A stretch of 53,338 nucleotides of DNA from Octopus bimaculoides (taxonomy: Eukaryota), in assembly GCF_001194135.2 (NCBI RefSeq), contig NC_068982.1, positions 190,517,549-190,570,886 of the forward strand. Direction: 5' to 3'. The notes beneath the pieces were generated by a model that did not search any database, was not told where the DNA came from, and saw only the letters and a program-made list of their open reading frames with translations. The position numbers and the translations under genes are program-made. This document shows, piece after piece, positions 1 to 13,112 of this stretch; within the stretch, counting starts at the first letter, position 1; the number at the start of each line of letters is the position of its first letter.

Positions 1-195
1 ATTTCAAATTTTAAAACAAACACATAATTTTCTTATGGTTTCTTAAACATTCTCTAGAACAATACTATGTACAAATCCAAATATATGGTACCCTAGGCAT
101 AACACCTACATGAACTTCTAACTTGTTGTCTCTTGAGGTCTCTGGGTGAGACTTGGATCCAACTTGTACAAATGCAAAACAAAAGTCAAACATAA
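1..195 (+). mobile_element. Probable 3' UTR/tail of a non-LTR retrotransposon running into (TAA)n
   Basis: Ends ...caaaagtcaaacataa directly into the (AAT)n array, like the R4/Dong-type tails downstream. No coding motif visible. Confidence 0.35.

Positions 196-269
<74 letters not shown>
196..269. repeat. (AAT)n microsatellite
   Basis: About 24 perfect AAT units. Confidence 0.98.
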
Positions 270-2596
270 GGCACCCGGGCACGACAAGATTTTCAACTTG
301 TAGTTAAACATCTAACAGGAACGCATAAAAAGCTGGCTGAGAACTTTAATAAACTACTAGCAGAGCCTGCCTGAATGGCTCGCGGAAGGGAGAACGATCC
401 CAATTCCCAAATCCACTGAAATGCAAACCTAAAATTATAGACCGATAACTTGTCTCCCAACAATTTACAAAGCCTTTACTGCAATAATATCGTAGAGGAT
501 GGGCAAACATCTGGACGAAAACAACCTGTTTCCAGAAGAGCAGAAGGGATGCTGCAAGGGCTCATATGGCTGCAAAGATCAGCTACTGATCAATAAAGCC
601 ATAACTAAAAACAGCCATAGAAAGAAGAAAGGTCTAAGTATGGCGTGGATCGATTACCGGAAGGAATTTTGATAGTATTTCCCAAACATGGATCCTAGAA
701 ACACTAGCCATGAACAAGGTAGCACCAATAATTATAAAATATAAAACACATTCCATGAATAAATGGCAGATACTGTTAGAGCTCCAGACAAAGCAGTGAC
801 TCATAAAAACCAAAGCAATCCCCATTAGAAGAGGAATATTCCAGGGTGACACGATCTCTCCACTCCTTTTCTGCTTGGCACTGACACCTTTATCTGACAT
901 GCTAAACAGAACTCGATGTGCATATAATTACGTCAAAACAATCAGCCATCTCTTAAATATGGATGACCTAAAACTGTACACTGCAAACGATAAACAGCTG
1001 GAAACATTACTACAGACAATACATGGATTTACCAACGAAATAAACATGAAAGTTGGCTTAGAAAATGTGCCAAAGCAACATTGAAAAGACGAAAACTAGT
1101 TAAGATTAACAACATCACACTAGATAAAGCAAATGAAATAAGAGAATTAGACCAAAGCCAGCCATACAAACACTTAGGAATAAATGAACCAGATACGATA
1201 CAACACACAAAAATGAAAGAGAAGATAAGAAAAGAATGCTATAGAAATGTTAGATTAATACAGAAAACAGAGCTCAATGCGAAAAACAAGATAATAGGTA
1301 TCAATACTGTAACTGGGAAGGCTAGAGCCTTCCCAGTTACGGCTACAATATTCTTAACTGGATTTTAAATGAACAAATCAAGATAGACAGGAAAACAAGA
1401 AAAATAATGACAGGTTTTAGGATGCACCATCCAAAATCTGACATAGAAAGGTTATATATACAACGTATCGGAGGTGGTAGAGGCTTTATGCAGCTAGAAA
1501 ACAATTACAAAATAACCACCATGGGACTACAGAAATACCTACTTCAGAAACAAGGAAAACTAATACAAATAGCCACAAAACACGAACAAAACAAAAAAAC
1601 TGTTTTCAGTCTTTAAGGAAGGTGACAAATACAAAAAAGAAGTCATAGTACCTAAAAACTATGAAGAAAAAGAAGAAACAACAAAAGCTGTAAAACAACT
1701 GAAATCCAAACTAAAAACTGGAGCAACAACGGACCATGATAAAACGATGGCAAGAAATGTCCCTTCGTGGCAAATATTGGGTTGAACTAAAAGCAAAGGA
1801 AATAGACAAAGCAAAATCTCAACAATGGCTGAGAAGCTCAGGACTCAAAACAGAGACTGAAGGATTTTTAATTGCAGCACAAGACCAAAGCCTTTCCATC
1901 AGAAATCACCAAAAACATGTAATGAAAAGAAACATAACAAGTGACTGTAGAATGTGTGGAGATGGACAAGAAACAATAAATCATATTATCTCTGGCTGCC
2001 CAGTCCTGGCTAAGAAGGAATATATTCATAGACACGACAGAGCTGGGACCTATATACACTGGAAGCTATGCCAACACTATGGAATAACAACAGAAAAAAG
2101 ATGGTATAGACACACCCCAGAAAAGGTCACAGAAAATGAGAAAGCAACAATACTATGAGATATGCCAATGCACACAAATAGAGAAATTAAGGCCAATAGG
2201 CTGGCTATAGTCGTCAGAGATCACCAAGAAAACAAATGCTACCTAATCAATGTATCAATACCAACAGATGACAATGTTTCTCTGAAATATACGGAGAAAC
2301 TTTCAAAATTAGAAAGACCTAGAAATAGAGGTAACTCGAATGTGGAGTCTAAAGACAGAAACAATTCCTATCATAGTAGGTGCATTAGGTATGATAAAAA
2401 AATATTCAGCCAAATACATAAAAAAAAAACACTAGGACTAACAAGTATATATAACATACAGAAAATAGCACTCTTAGGTACCGCACACATCCTACGTAAA
2501 ACACTTCAATACAGTGAAAATATGAGCAAAACAACAAACTACAGCACGTGCCCACGGCACGCATAGCTGCGCTCGGTAGTGCAGGGAAAGTGCATG
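270..2596 (+). mobile_element. 5'-truncated, frameshifted R4/Dong-like (RLE-type) LINE: RT, CCHC finger, restriction-like endonuclease
   Basis: RT motifs WIDYRK(A)FDS, RGIFQGDTISPLLFC, NMDDLKL (YMDD-like), YKHLGI; zinc knuckle CRMCGDGQETINHIISGC; RHD motif; RLE region ANRLAIVVRD..CYLINVSIP (PD to LA, D to N decay); C-terminal IQKIALLGTAHILRKTL. Confidence 0.92.
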
Positions 2597-2927
2597 GACA
2601 ACAGAATCAATGTGAAAGAAGAAAAAATAAACAACTCTGACGATTTGAAGTGGGAAATACGAAGGTTGTGATCAATGAAGAGAGTAGACGTGATACCAAT
2701 AGTAATTGGTGCACTTGGAAGTATCAGTACTCAACTACTATCATGGCTGAAAAAGATCGGTGCAAATGTGAAGATAGAACACCTACAAAAATCAGCATTG
2801 CTTAGAACACTAAGAATTCTTCGCAGGATTCTTGAAGCATGACCAGTAAACAAGTGTTACCTTAGTCTGCTGTCTGTGAACAGCTGGCACTTTCCACCAT
2901 ACCCAGCAAAATAAGCTGTGAGGTTTC

Positions 2928-2930
<3 letters not shown>
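2597..2930 (+). mobile_element. 3' end of a second R4/Dong-like LINE family
   Basis: DDLKWEIRRL..KRVDVIPIVIGALG..IEHLQKSALLRTLRILRRILEA*, then a 3' UTR and a (TAA)n tail. Confidence 0.85.
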
Positions 2931-2996
<66 letters not shown>

Positions 2997-3010
2997 TAAT
3001 AATAATAATA
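2931..3010. repeat. (TAA)n microsatellite / LINE tail
   Basis: About 26 units with one aac interruption. Confidence 0.97.
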
Positions 3011-3077
3011 CCCAAGGCACACAGAGCTGCGCTCGGTAGTGAAGTGAAAGCACGTTATAAAAATAAAACTACTGAAC
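3011..3077 (+). mobile_element. Extreme 3' tip of the same LINE family as 270-2596
   Basis: cccaaggcacacagagctgcgctcggtagtg matches cccacggcacgcatagctgcgctcggtagtg at about 2550-2581 and ends in (AAT)n. Confidence 0.8.
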
Positions 3078-3095
3078 AATAATAATAATAATAAT

Positions 3096-3790
3096 CAATA
3101 CACCATCTCATCTCGGGATATACTGTGCTGACACCAAACGAATACAAAAATCGCCACGATAGGGTAGGACAATATTTACATTGGAAAATTTGTAAACGCT
3201 ACAAAATCACTACTCCTGCTTACTCATATAAACATCATCCTGAGTCAGCCGGAAGGTAAAAATGTCAGTATTCTCTGGGACTTCCCAGTCAACACCGACA
3301 GAATGATCCAGGATAATCGACCAGACATAGTCATTAAAGAGAGAGAAGAGAATAATTGTAGACTAATAGATGTATGTATTCCCACGGATAAAAAAAAAAC
3401 ATATCTGTAAAGGAATTTGACAAATCAAGTAAACATAAAGACCTGGAAATAGAAATACAAAAGATCTGGCATCTTAAAGCGAGAACTGCTCCTGTTATTG
3501 TGGGTGCCCTTGGTATGATAAGAAAGGGATGCCAGAAACATCTAGATAAGGTCCCAGGAGAACCATGTCTCAGAGGAATCCATATGATTGTGTTGACAAG
3601 TACTGCCAACATCTTTAGAAAAACCCTATCAATTTAGATGTCTGTGTTGTATTACGTGAAGATATTTCGCTACTAACCCTGCTACTCCCCAATCTTTCAC
3701 CCATACTGTAACATCAATTATCCTTCACTCACCCTAGGATGCTGGGTGTGACTCGACAAGTGATTATAACAAATATGCAGATTAAAAGTA
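3096..3790 (+). mobile_element. 3' end of a third R4/Dong-like LINE family
   Basis: EYKNRHDRVGQYLHWKICK, DNRPDIVIK (intact PD), LIDVCIP, KHKDLEIEIQKIWHLKARTAPVIVGALGMI, STANIFRKTLSI*, then UTR and (AAT)n. Confidence 0.88.
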
Positions 3791-3805
3791 AATAATAATA
3801 ATAAT

Positions 3806-4007
3806 CCTTTCGACTGAAATTTGGGGGAGGGGAACTTGTCGATTACATTCACCTCAGTGTTTCACTGGTACTTGATTTATCGACCTCGGAAGGATGAAAG
3901 GTAAAGTCGACCTCGATGGAATTTGAACTCAGAGCGTAAAGACAGACGAAATGCCGCTAAGCATTTTGCCCGGAGTGCCAACGCTTCTCCCAGGTCGCCT
4001 CCTCAAT
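3806..4007 (-). mobile_element. tRNA-derived SINE, family A
   Basis: Reverse complement has the head gaagcgttggcactccgggcaaaatgcttagcggcatttcgtc, B-box-like gagttcaaattcc and the central block ctttcatccttccgaggtcgataaatcaagtaccag shared with copies at 33.9, 36.2, 41.0 and 50.9 kb. Confidence 0.8.
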
Positions 4008-4148
4008 AATAATGTTTATAATAACAGATTTGATAATGATGACGATAATGATGACGATAATGATGATGATGATGATGGTGCAGGTGGTGCTGGTGCTGGT
4101 GGTGAAGACGACGACGACGACGATGATGATATTATTATTATTATTATT

Positions 4149-4217
<69 letters not shown>

Positions 4218-4250
4218 GTTAACATTATTGTTTTTATTATTATTATGTAA
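4008..4250. repeat. Compound trinucleotide tract (GAT/GGT/GAC/ATT/AAT)
   Basis: Directly visible; produces the poly-I/N/L ORFs in the track. Confidence 0.95.
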
Positions 4251-4582
4251 GATGCTGTGTTATCTGGAAAGCTACCATGGTGTGGTGAACATAACAGTTA
4301 CGTTGAAAGCCACTTCTCAGAGAGAGAGAGAGAGAGAGTCTTTACTCTTCTGTTTTTGCTTATACTACGTCAGCAGAGGTGAACTTTACTTTGTGTAAGT
4401 ATTTCATTGATTTACATTCGTCCTGCTGACATGACGGGTAAACATTTGCTAATAAAATGTTAAGAACCTCAGTCAAATACCAATAAAACTAACCAGTGAA
4501 CTATAAAAATTCATTGGTTAATTTCATTGACATTTTGCTATTGCTCTTAACGATATTTCTAATGTCATAATATTACTGTTGC

Positions 4583-4585
<3 letters not shown>

Positions 4586-4664
<79 letters not shown>
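4586..4664. repeat. (ATT)n microsatellite
   Basis: About 26 units. Confidence 0.97.
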
Positions 4665-5059
4665 CGATAAGTTTTGTGTTCTTTCACACTTGCGCCAACT
4701 TATTTACGTATGTAGTTAGTAAAGTGTCAGTGTCGCTTTACTTAGAATACATTTTTGGTTACCTTTTATTTGTTTTTTTCTATTTTTCATTGATTTCTTT
4801 GTAATGGTAACTTGAAGATTTTTTACAGAGTTTAAGAGCATCACTTTAATTGATATTCGCGTTAAACTAAGGCCAGGTTCGATCCCCGTTTTGTAGTAGC
4901 CGGTGTTGATGGGCGGGGGTGCAGATATCTGGATATATTCTTTGTGGGTGACATTGAATCAATAGAAACTGTCCGAAAACCAATGAGACGAAACGTTGTT
5001 GTCCTTTTATGGCACGTGAGAAATTTGGTATGACTGGAACCTAGACTATAAGCTTTCAT

Positions 5060-5280
5060 CTTGTTACATGTTTCAGCCATTTGACTGCGGCCATGCTGGA
5101 GCACCACCTTGAAGAATTTTAGTCGAACGAATTGAGCCCAGTGCTTATTTTTCAAAAGCCTGGCACTTATTCTATCAGTCTTTTGCTGAATCGCTAAGCC
5201 ACGGGGACGTAAACACACCAACACCGGTTGTCAAGCGGTGGTGGGGGACGAACACAGACACAAACACACACACACATGTC
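5060..5280 (-). mobile_element. tRNA-derived SINE, family B, 3' half
   Basis: tttcagccatttgactgcggccatgctggagcacc...acaccaacaccggttgtcaagcggtgg, shared with copies at 14.2, 16.9, 20.1 and 43.9 kb. Confidence 0.8.
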
Positions 5281-5334
5281 ACTATTTGTTATCTCTCTCA
5301 CTCTTCCACGCTCTTTCTTTCTCTTACTTTCTCA

Positions 5335-5364
5335 CTCTCACTCACACACACACACACACACACA

Positions 5365-5422
<58 letters not shown>
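5335..5422. repeat. (CA)n(CT)n compound microsatellite
   Basis: Directly visible. Confidence 0.97.
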
Positions 5423-5426
<4 letters not shown>

Positions 5427-6411
5427 TTATCATTTGCATGGAGTAAACGTATTTAATACAGACCTGGAAAAGAAATGCATTAGGCGTTCTCACCAACCCT
5501 TGCTAGACGATTTTCGTCTCTCTCTGATATATATTCTGCTTTTAAACACAGTACGTTCATAATATATATTATCTCATGAGGGAAAAATCGTAGGAAATAA
5601 ACACTCAACACATTTGGAAGATATTGTTATTCTATATACCGTATCTCATTATCAACACATTACTTTAAGTTTCATACTGAAGTATTTAACCTAGCTTAAA
5701 TCAAGCGTATGCCATCTTCATCGCACGCGTTCGATTTGCTTACGAATGGTTCTTTTGAGCAAAGAGTTACTTGAAAGTAAATGTTCATCTGCCCTCTTCA
5801 TCAGTCTTTTTAAATACATTTTGAGTCATTGGAATCATCAGAAAATCAGTCCATTTTGAACGCTAAAATAACTATTCCCATTAAATGAAGGAAAAGTATA
5901 TTTCGGCATTTGAAGTTGTGTCGAAATTATTTACGTGCTTTTTTAGTATATATATGTTAGCTTTGTGTACTTTAGTATGTCTAAGTGTCTTGGCATTTAG
6001 TTGTATTTGTTTGATGATATACTTGCAAAGTAGATATTTTTTAAAGTGGAGAAGTGTGTCTTATACTTAAGTATGCAAATGGGAGGCTGGCCTTGAGAAT
6101 CCTCCTGCCAAGATAATCCTAGTGAAGGAGGTATTTTCTAATTCGATTATATGAACATGTCTTGTTGTGCACATTTAGTGAATATCTTAATTCTGGAATT
6201 TAGATAGTTCCTCTGAGTATTCAACTTTCGCACGATGCGTGTTCTTTCTGGTACAAAGGAACTGCATTTCTTTGTCTCATTAACTAATAGATTTTTCTAT
6301 ACCTCTGTGTTTCAGGGGAATGCATATCCTTTTTTATCGATTTTACTAAATAATACAAACCTTTCTGACGCAAAAGAGCACCAATGTCTTTGAAATCCGA
6401 CTGATATGAAT

Positions 6412-6466
<55 letters not shown>

Positions 6467-6579
6467 ACCCATGCATCAGACATTCACACCATGCCATACA
6501 GCGCATACACACAAATACGCAGAAGCTATAACAAACGGTGTCAATTCAGTTGCCATCGCAATATCCTAAATAAACATGG

Positions 6580-7643
6580 AACATGACTGGTCTGCCAGTC
6601 TCTCTACAGAATAAAGCTACAACACTTTATGACGATCATGCATGACACCTGCAGTAAGTTTGCTCCAAGAAAGCAGAAAAAATATAACACCCAGAGACAG
6701 GAGGATCCTAATGAGACAACGGGCAAACCTCTCAAATCGTTTAAAGGAGCCACTAAAGGATGACAAACGATCCTGCCTCAAACGAACATTACTCGAGATC
6801 GAAAATGAACTCAAGCGCTCCCATTAAAAGGAGAGGGCAGAAAAAGAGGCCAGGCCTGTTGAAAATATTAAGACAAACCCTAAAACCTTCTATAGATATG
6901 CAAAAGAATCTGCTTCAGTACAGTATAATAAAATAGGGCTACTATTTGAAGAAAATGGCTCACCGACTGCAGACCTCAGAGGATCAGTGAAATACTGAAT
7001 GTGCAATACAGGAATGCTTTCACCACTCCACTGGGACACTTGCAAGTAGCTATGCCTAATGAGTTCTTTGGCTCCACAGATCTACACAACAAAATAACGA
7101 CCATTGACAGTATCAACATAGAGGAAACTGATGTGATATCAGCCATTGATGGGATGAGCTGAAACTCAGCAACAGGCCCCGACAGATTCCCAGCAATCCT
7201 CCTAAAGAAATGCAAAGGGGCTCTAGCTAGACCACTTCAAATTCTCTTCCAGAGGTTACTCACAATAGGGAGGCTTCCCAAAAAGTTAAAGGAATGCATT
7301 ATATGCCCTGTCCATAAGGGTGGTAGCAGGGCAGACGCTAAGAATCATAGACCTGTCTCTCTAACTTCCTCTGTCAGCAAAGTCATGGAGTGCATGGTCA
7401 GGAAGAAACTAATTGTGTTCTTTGAAGATAATGACTTGCTTCCTGAGATTCCAGCATGGTTTTCGCTCAGGAAGAAACTGCCTTCCATACCTTCTGCAAC
7501 ACTATGACTGAATATTGAAACAATTAATGAATCGCTCAAACGTGGATGTGATATATCTGGACTTTGCAAAGGTCTTTGATAAAGCTGATCATGGGATGAT
7601 ATGTCACAAACTACGGAGACTCGGCATAACTGGGAAAGTCGGG

Positions 7644-7646
<3 letters not shown>
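6580..7646 (+). mobile_element. CR1-like LINE ORF2 fragment (linker plus N-terminal RT), pseudogenised
   Basis: NPKTFYRYAK, GPDRFPAILLKKCK..LARPLQILF, ICPVHKGG..NHRPVSLTSSVSKVME, VDVIYLDFAKVFDKADHG..KL..LGITGKV. Stops and frameshifts; ends in (TG)n at 7647-7702. Confidence 0.92.
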
Positions 7647-7703
<57 letters not shown>

Positions 7704-9055
7704 ATGCAAGTGCATGTGTGTGCTTGCTTAACGTTTGATATTCCGTAACTTCGTTTTGATTCTTTCCTATACATTTTGATTCAGGCCGGAATTCTGATAG
7801 AAATTATGGGGAAGTCGACTTTTAGAATTGATGTCAAATAGTGTCACAAAGCTGCTTTTGAAGTATTTTGAAACCATTGTATTCACTGAACCTGAAGAAT
7901 GTCTTTGGTTAAAAGCTTACAATTACCTGCTCTAAGTGAGTCCCGGGAGCCGCCTAAAACTGTTCCGCTCGTTCATAACAAGAATTCATTAAAACAATTT
8001 CTTCCAGGGAAACATTGTTAGGACTTCATATGAAAAGGAAATATTAGCACAATTTTCTTGGCAATATCAACTGGCTAAATGATTGGAATGGATTTAATTA
8101 GAATGGAGAATGGGTCACGGTAACCAGCAGCTGATAGTGAATCCAAAGTTTCCAAGTTCAAATACTTCTTTCGTAAACTTTACCTGTTATAGTCCTGGAT
8201 CAATGAATCAAATACTAGTAAACTACTAGTGCCAGTGTAATTGGTGATAGATCTATCGCAAAATTTTAGACATTGGGTCTTATGTTAGGAAGCAGCAGAA
8301 ACAACAAACCGCTCTACAGTATTCCCCATCGTACTCCTGTCGTCTGGAATCTTTCCAGAACCTTTCACGGTCGATAAAACCCGAGCGTCAATGACATTAG
8401 TATCGATTGAATCTGTCATACACTTTCCCGATAAAATATTGGATTCCTTTGATTGCAAATAAAGAGACGACCCCCCACCCAACCTTTTTTTTGTTTTGTT
8501 CAGAAAGTGAGCTTCTGATATTGTGAGATTCATGGATTCCTTTTTCATTTTCACTTTGTCTTATTTAATAGTGGCAATGTTAAAACCGCTTAGAATTAAA
8601 CGACGGTCGAAAACGAATGACAGTCTCAACTCTGCAGGCACTGGTCGGGTTTTTTCTTTGTCATTCGCCACTTCTCTGTCAATACTTTCAATGGTTTTGT
8701 GTTTAATAAAATGTTATTTATATATATATATAAATGAGAATGTGTGTGTGTCTGTCTGTCTGTCTGTCTGTCTGTGTGTTTCCCTAAAACTCGAGAACTA
8801 CACAACCAATTTCATTCAAATTTTACACATGTTTTACTTAGGGTTCCGGTTGTGTTTTAGTCAAAAAAAGTTTTTAACTTCTTGCATAGTTCGAGCCCAC
8901 AGCAACATCATATCTCCTCCACTATTTAAGTATTACGTGTCAAAAGTGAAACAAAAACACTCATGTCAAATACTTTCACTTTAAAAATGAAACTATTCCA
9001 CTAACTGATACAATCACATTTCGATACTGTAATGACAGATACTTTCACTTTAATG

Positions 9056-9150
<95 letters not shown>

Positions 9151-9479
9151 TATATATATATATGTATACATATACATGTATATGTACACGTATACGTATA
9201 GATATATATATAGATATAGATCTATATGCATACATGTATATGTATACATATGTGTAGATGTATATATATAGGTGCACATCTAATATGTACACATATATAA
9301 ATGCATACAGATATCTATACATATATACACCCATACACACACACATGTATATACACACATATAAGCGTGTGTGAAGACAAAGAGAAGCAGAGAGAGAGAT
9401 TATATATATATACACATATAAAGACATATAAGCGTGTGTGTATGTGTATGTATGTATGTATGTAGGTAGGTAGGTAGGT

Positions 9480-10723
9480 AGGTACGTTGAGGAAAAATTC
9501 ATGAACGTTATTTTGTTTTTTTCAAACTTAAAAATACACGCAGAAATAAAACGCATTGGAAAAATGTTTTATGCTATTTAAAAGAGAATTTGTTTTGCTT
9601 TACAAGATGGTGCGTTTTGATTTTTTAATTTAATTTATTTTTGTATTTCCAGGTCATTAAAATGGAATGTCAAGTGGACAAAACTGAGCATTTTCGACAC
9701 TGTTTTCTCTTTGCATTTCATCGAAATACTAAGACTACCAAGGCTGCTTGCGAGATTTGTGCCGCGCATAGACAAGAAGGAGCAATGCCCCAAAGCACCG
9801 CCCACCGTTGGTTTTCGCGCTTCAAAAATGGCAATTCTGACCTCAAGGATCGATCATACACCTATCGACCAACTGAGTTCGATTAAGGGCGATTGAATCA
9901 AATTCTTCACGAAAATCCACGTCAAACGAGCAAAGAATTCGTGGAGCAGATGGATTGTGAAAAGAAATCTGTGGTGAACCACTTTCACTCAATGGGCAAG
10001 GTTCAGAAACTCGGCACTCGGATGCAACACACTTTGAGCGAAAACAACGAATATCAAGGTTTCACAACCGCCGCCAGTTTGCTTACGCGACATCGTTCAC
10101 CGCATGGTCACAAACAACGTTTTTCTTTTACGGCATTGTCAACGTGAAGCAGCGAAAAGAATAGCTTAGTCCCGACAAACAAGTGATTCCGCGAGCAAAA
10201 CAAGACCTTCATCCTCGAAAGACCATGTTGTGTGCATGGTGGAGCTGGGAAGACATAATTCATCACGACTTGCTTGAGCACAACCAAACACTCAATACGG
10301 AGTTCTACGTACAACAACTGCACTGACTCAACGAAATTATTCAGCAAAAACGACAGAATAGGTGAAATGGTGTTCTTCTGCAACATGGCAACGCCCGTCC
10401 TCACATCGCTAATATGACCAAAGATGCGATTCAAGAACTCGAATAGGAGGAAGTGCTGCTTCATTATCCAACTCTCCAGACTTGGCGCCGTCAGATTTTC
10501 ATCTTTCAACCGCTTTCGAACGTTTTGTGCGGTGTATCGTTCAATAATGGCATGGAATTGAGAGGTTGGTTGGATGAATTCTTTGAGTCAGATTTCTATC
10601 ACCGTGGCATCGGAAAACTTACTAAACGATGGGAGGAACATGTATTATTGATTAATTTGTTACAGTATTTTTTGTTTCAAATAAATTTTTAAAAAAACGC
10701 TCATGAATTATTCCTCTACCCAA
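9480..10723 (+). mobile_element. Near full-length decayed mariner (D,D34D) transposon with both TIRs
   Basis: TIRs gttgaggaaaaattcatgaacgtt (9486-9509) and aacgctcatgaattattcctctacccaa (10696-10723) followed by TA. Transposase remnants MECQVDKTEHFRH, HRWFSRFKNG, KTMLCAWW, QHGNARPH (second D mutated), SPDLAPSDFH. Multiple stops and frameshifts. Confidence 0.92.
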
Positions 10724-10809
10724 TATATATATATATANNNNNNNNNNNNNNNNNNNNNNNNNNNNNNNNNNNNNNNNNNNNNNNNNNNNNNNNNNNNNNN
10801 NNNNNNTAT

Positions 10810-10980
10810 ATATACCATGGGCTTCTTTCAGTTTCTGTCAACTAAATACACTTACAAGGCAGTGCTGAGTCCGGGTCTAGAGTAAATGACACTTTTCCAA
10901 GCTGCAACGCAGTAGGACTGAACCCAGAACCATGTGGCTGGGAAGAAAACCTCTTAGCACAGAGCCACGCCTGCGCATGC
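10810..10980 (-). mobile_element. SINE family B, 5' half (tRNA-like head)
   Basis: Reverse complement gcgcaggcgtggctctgtgctaagagg...ttctgggttcagtcctactgcg, matching the heads of other family-B copies. Confidence 0.75.
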
Positions 10981-12729
10981 GTGCGTACGTCTGTATACGT
11001 ATGTGTTTGTGTCCGGGTGAATGTATGTACACGAAAGTGAATCTCTAGAATGGTAAATGGAATGAAATTTTCTCAAATACATATTTTTATTCCCTTATTC
11101 AGTGCACTTTACTGCTAGTCATTATGAATCCTATACAATACGGTACGTGCCCCATACTGGAATGGATTTAAGTGGCCATTCATCTCCTGAATAAAAATAT
11201 AGCGAAGCATTTTTCAAAGCTAAATCGCCATTTTGGGGGCACAGTATCGTCTTCGCCCTCGTTTGTCGGAAAATCTATCTTATGAGTAATCATTTTAAAA
11301 TGTGAAATATTTCAACATGGCTCAAACCGAGAGGTATACTTAGGCCGAGCATTATAAGACAATATTTGAATATACATTGCATATATACAATACAAAGTGG
11401 GAGATAAACACAAGAATAAGGTTTTCTCCAACACTGATATGCCATTCCGGAGAACAGTCTGGAAAAAATAGAACAGCTGTGAACATGCATTTCTATACCA
11501 ATAGATGTCCTCAGCAAAGAAATTAAATCACATTATCTTTAGCATGTGTAAGACTTAAACATATACAATGGCAGCGGTAATTTGCATAAATGAAAGTAAA
11601 ATAAGATAAGAGAAATAACTCAAAATGGCCAGTAGCGTGTATAGACTCAACAAAGACAAGGAATCGTGTTTGGTATATTAAATACCATGCAAGGGAAGGC
11701 GTTGATTTATCGAAGCGATCTCCGTTTCCAGAGACGGTAGACAAATAACTGGGTGGTTATTTGTATGCAGAAAAGAAAACAAGGCAGATGTTCGAGTTGA
11801 AGTGAAACACAGAGAAAGCCAGAGATGAAAATGAAATAACTGGTGTGACGTAAGACCATATTTGAGACAAGATGCAAAGCTGTCCCGTTGAGAACAATAT
11901 CACAAACAGCTGGGGGTTTTATTTTATATATGAGGCGATATTTTATTCCTCTATAATTGACTACTGTGGACACAATAAACCATATTTAAAACACCTTATA
12001 GGCATGTATCGAGGTGTATGTGCGTGAGTATATATATANNNNNNNNNNNNNNNNNNNNNNNNNNNNNNNNNNNNNNNNNNNNNNNNNNNNNNNNNNNNNN
12101 NNNNNNNNNNNNNNNNNNNNNNNNNNNNNNNNNNNNNNNNNNNNNNNNNNNNNNNNNNNNNNNNNNNNNNNNNNNNNNNNNNNNNNNNNNNNNNNNNNNN
12201 NNNNNNNNNNNNNNNNNNNNNNNNNNNNNNNNNNNNNNNNNNNNNNNNNNNNNNNNNNNNNNNNNNNNNNNNNNNNNNNNNNNNNNNNNNNNNNNNNNNN
12301 NNNNNNNNNNNNNNNNNNNNNNNNNNNNNNNNNNNNNNNNNNNNNNNNNNNNNNNNNNNNNNNNNNNNNNNNNNNNNNNNNNNNNNNNNNNNNNNNNNNN
12401 NNNNNNNNNNNNNNNNNNNNNNNNNNNNNNNNNNNNNNNNNNNNNNNNNNNNNNNNNNNNNNNNNNNNNNNNNNNNNNNNNNNNNNNNNNNNNNNNNNNN
12501 NNNNNNNNNNNNNNNNNNNNNNNNNNNNNNNNNNNNNNNNNNNNNNNNNNNNNNNNNNNNNNNNNNNNNNNNNNNNNNNNNNNNNNNNNNNNNNNNNNNN
12601 NNNNNNNNNNNNNNNNNNNNNNNNNNNNNNNNNNNNNNNNNNNNNNNNNNNNNNNNNNNNNNNNNATATAATATATACATATATATATTTATATTATTAT
12701 ATAAGTGAACGGCACGTATCATCTTCCAA

Positions 12730-12790
<61 letters not shown>

Positions 12791-13073
12791 AAGAGACACA
12801 CACACACATATATATAAATTTATAAATTTGTTTCAGATTTTGTTGTTGTTGTTGCTGCTGTTACAGAAGATTATTATCATTCGAAGGCGAAATAAAAAGA
12901 AACATGAAGCAGATGAAAAAGCAAAGATAATTAGAAGTTAATCATTAGCTGAATGTTTGTTCCAATGAGTGGGTGAGAGCCCACAATAGGGAGATCTGGT
13001 TACACATATTTACCCGCTCACACGCACACACTCACACACACACACATGCATACCATATATATGTATGCATTAC

Positions 13074-13112
<39 letters not shown>

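Noticed and set aside
4862-5060. GC-richer unique island with minus-strand reading SHTKFLTCH.., faintly like a chitin-binding domain
   Set aside because: The downstream Cys residues required for ChtBD2 are missing, and the upstream half of the ORF is SINE.
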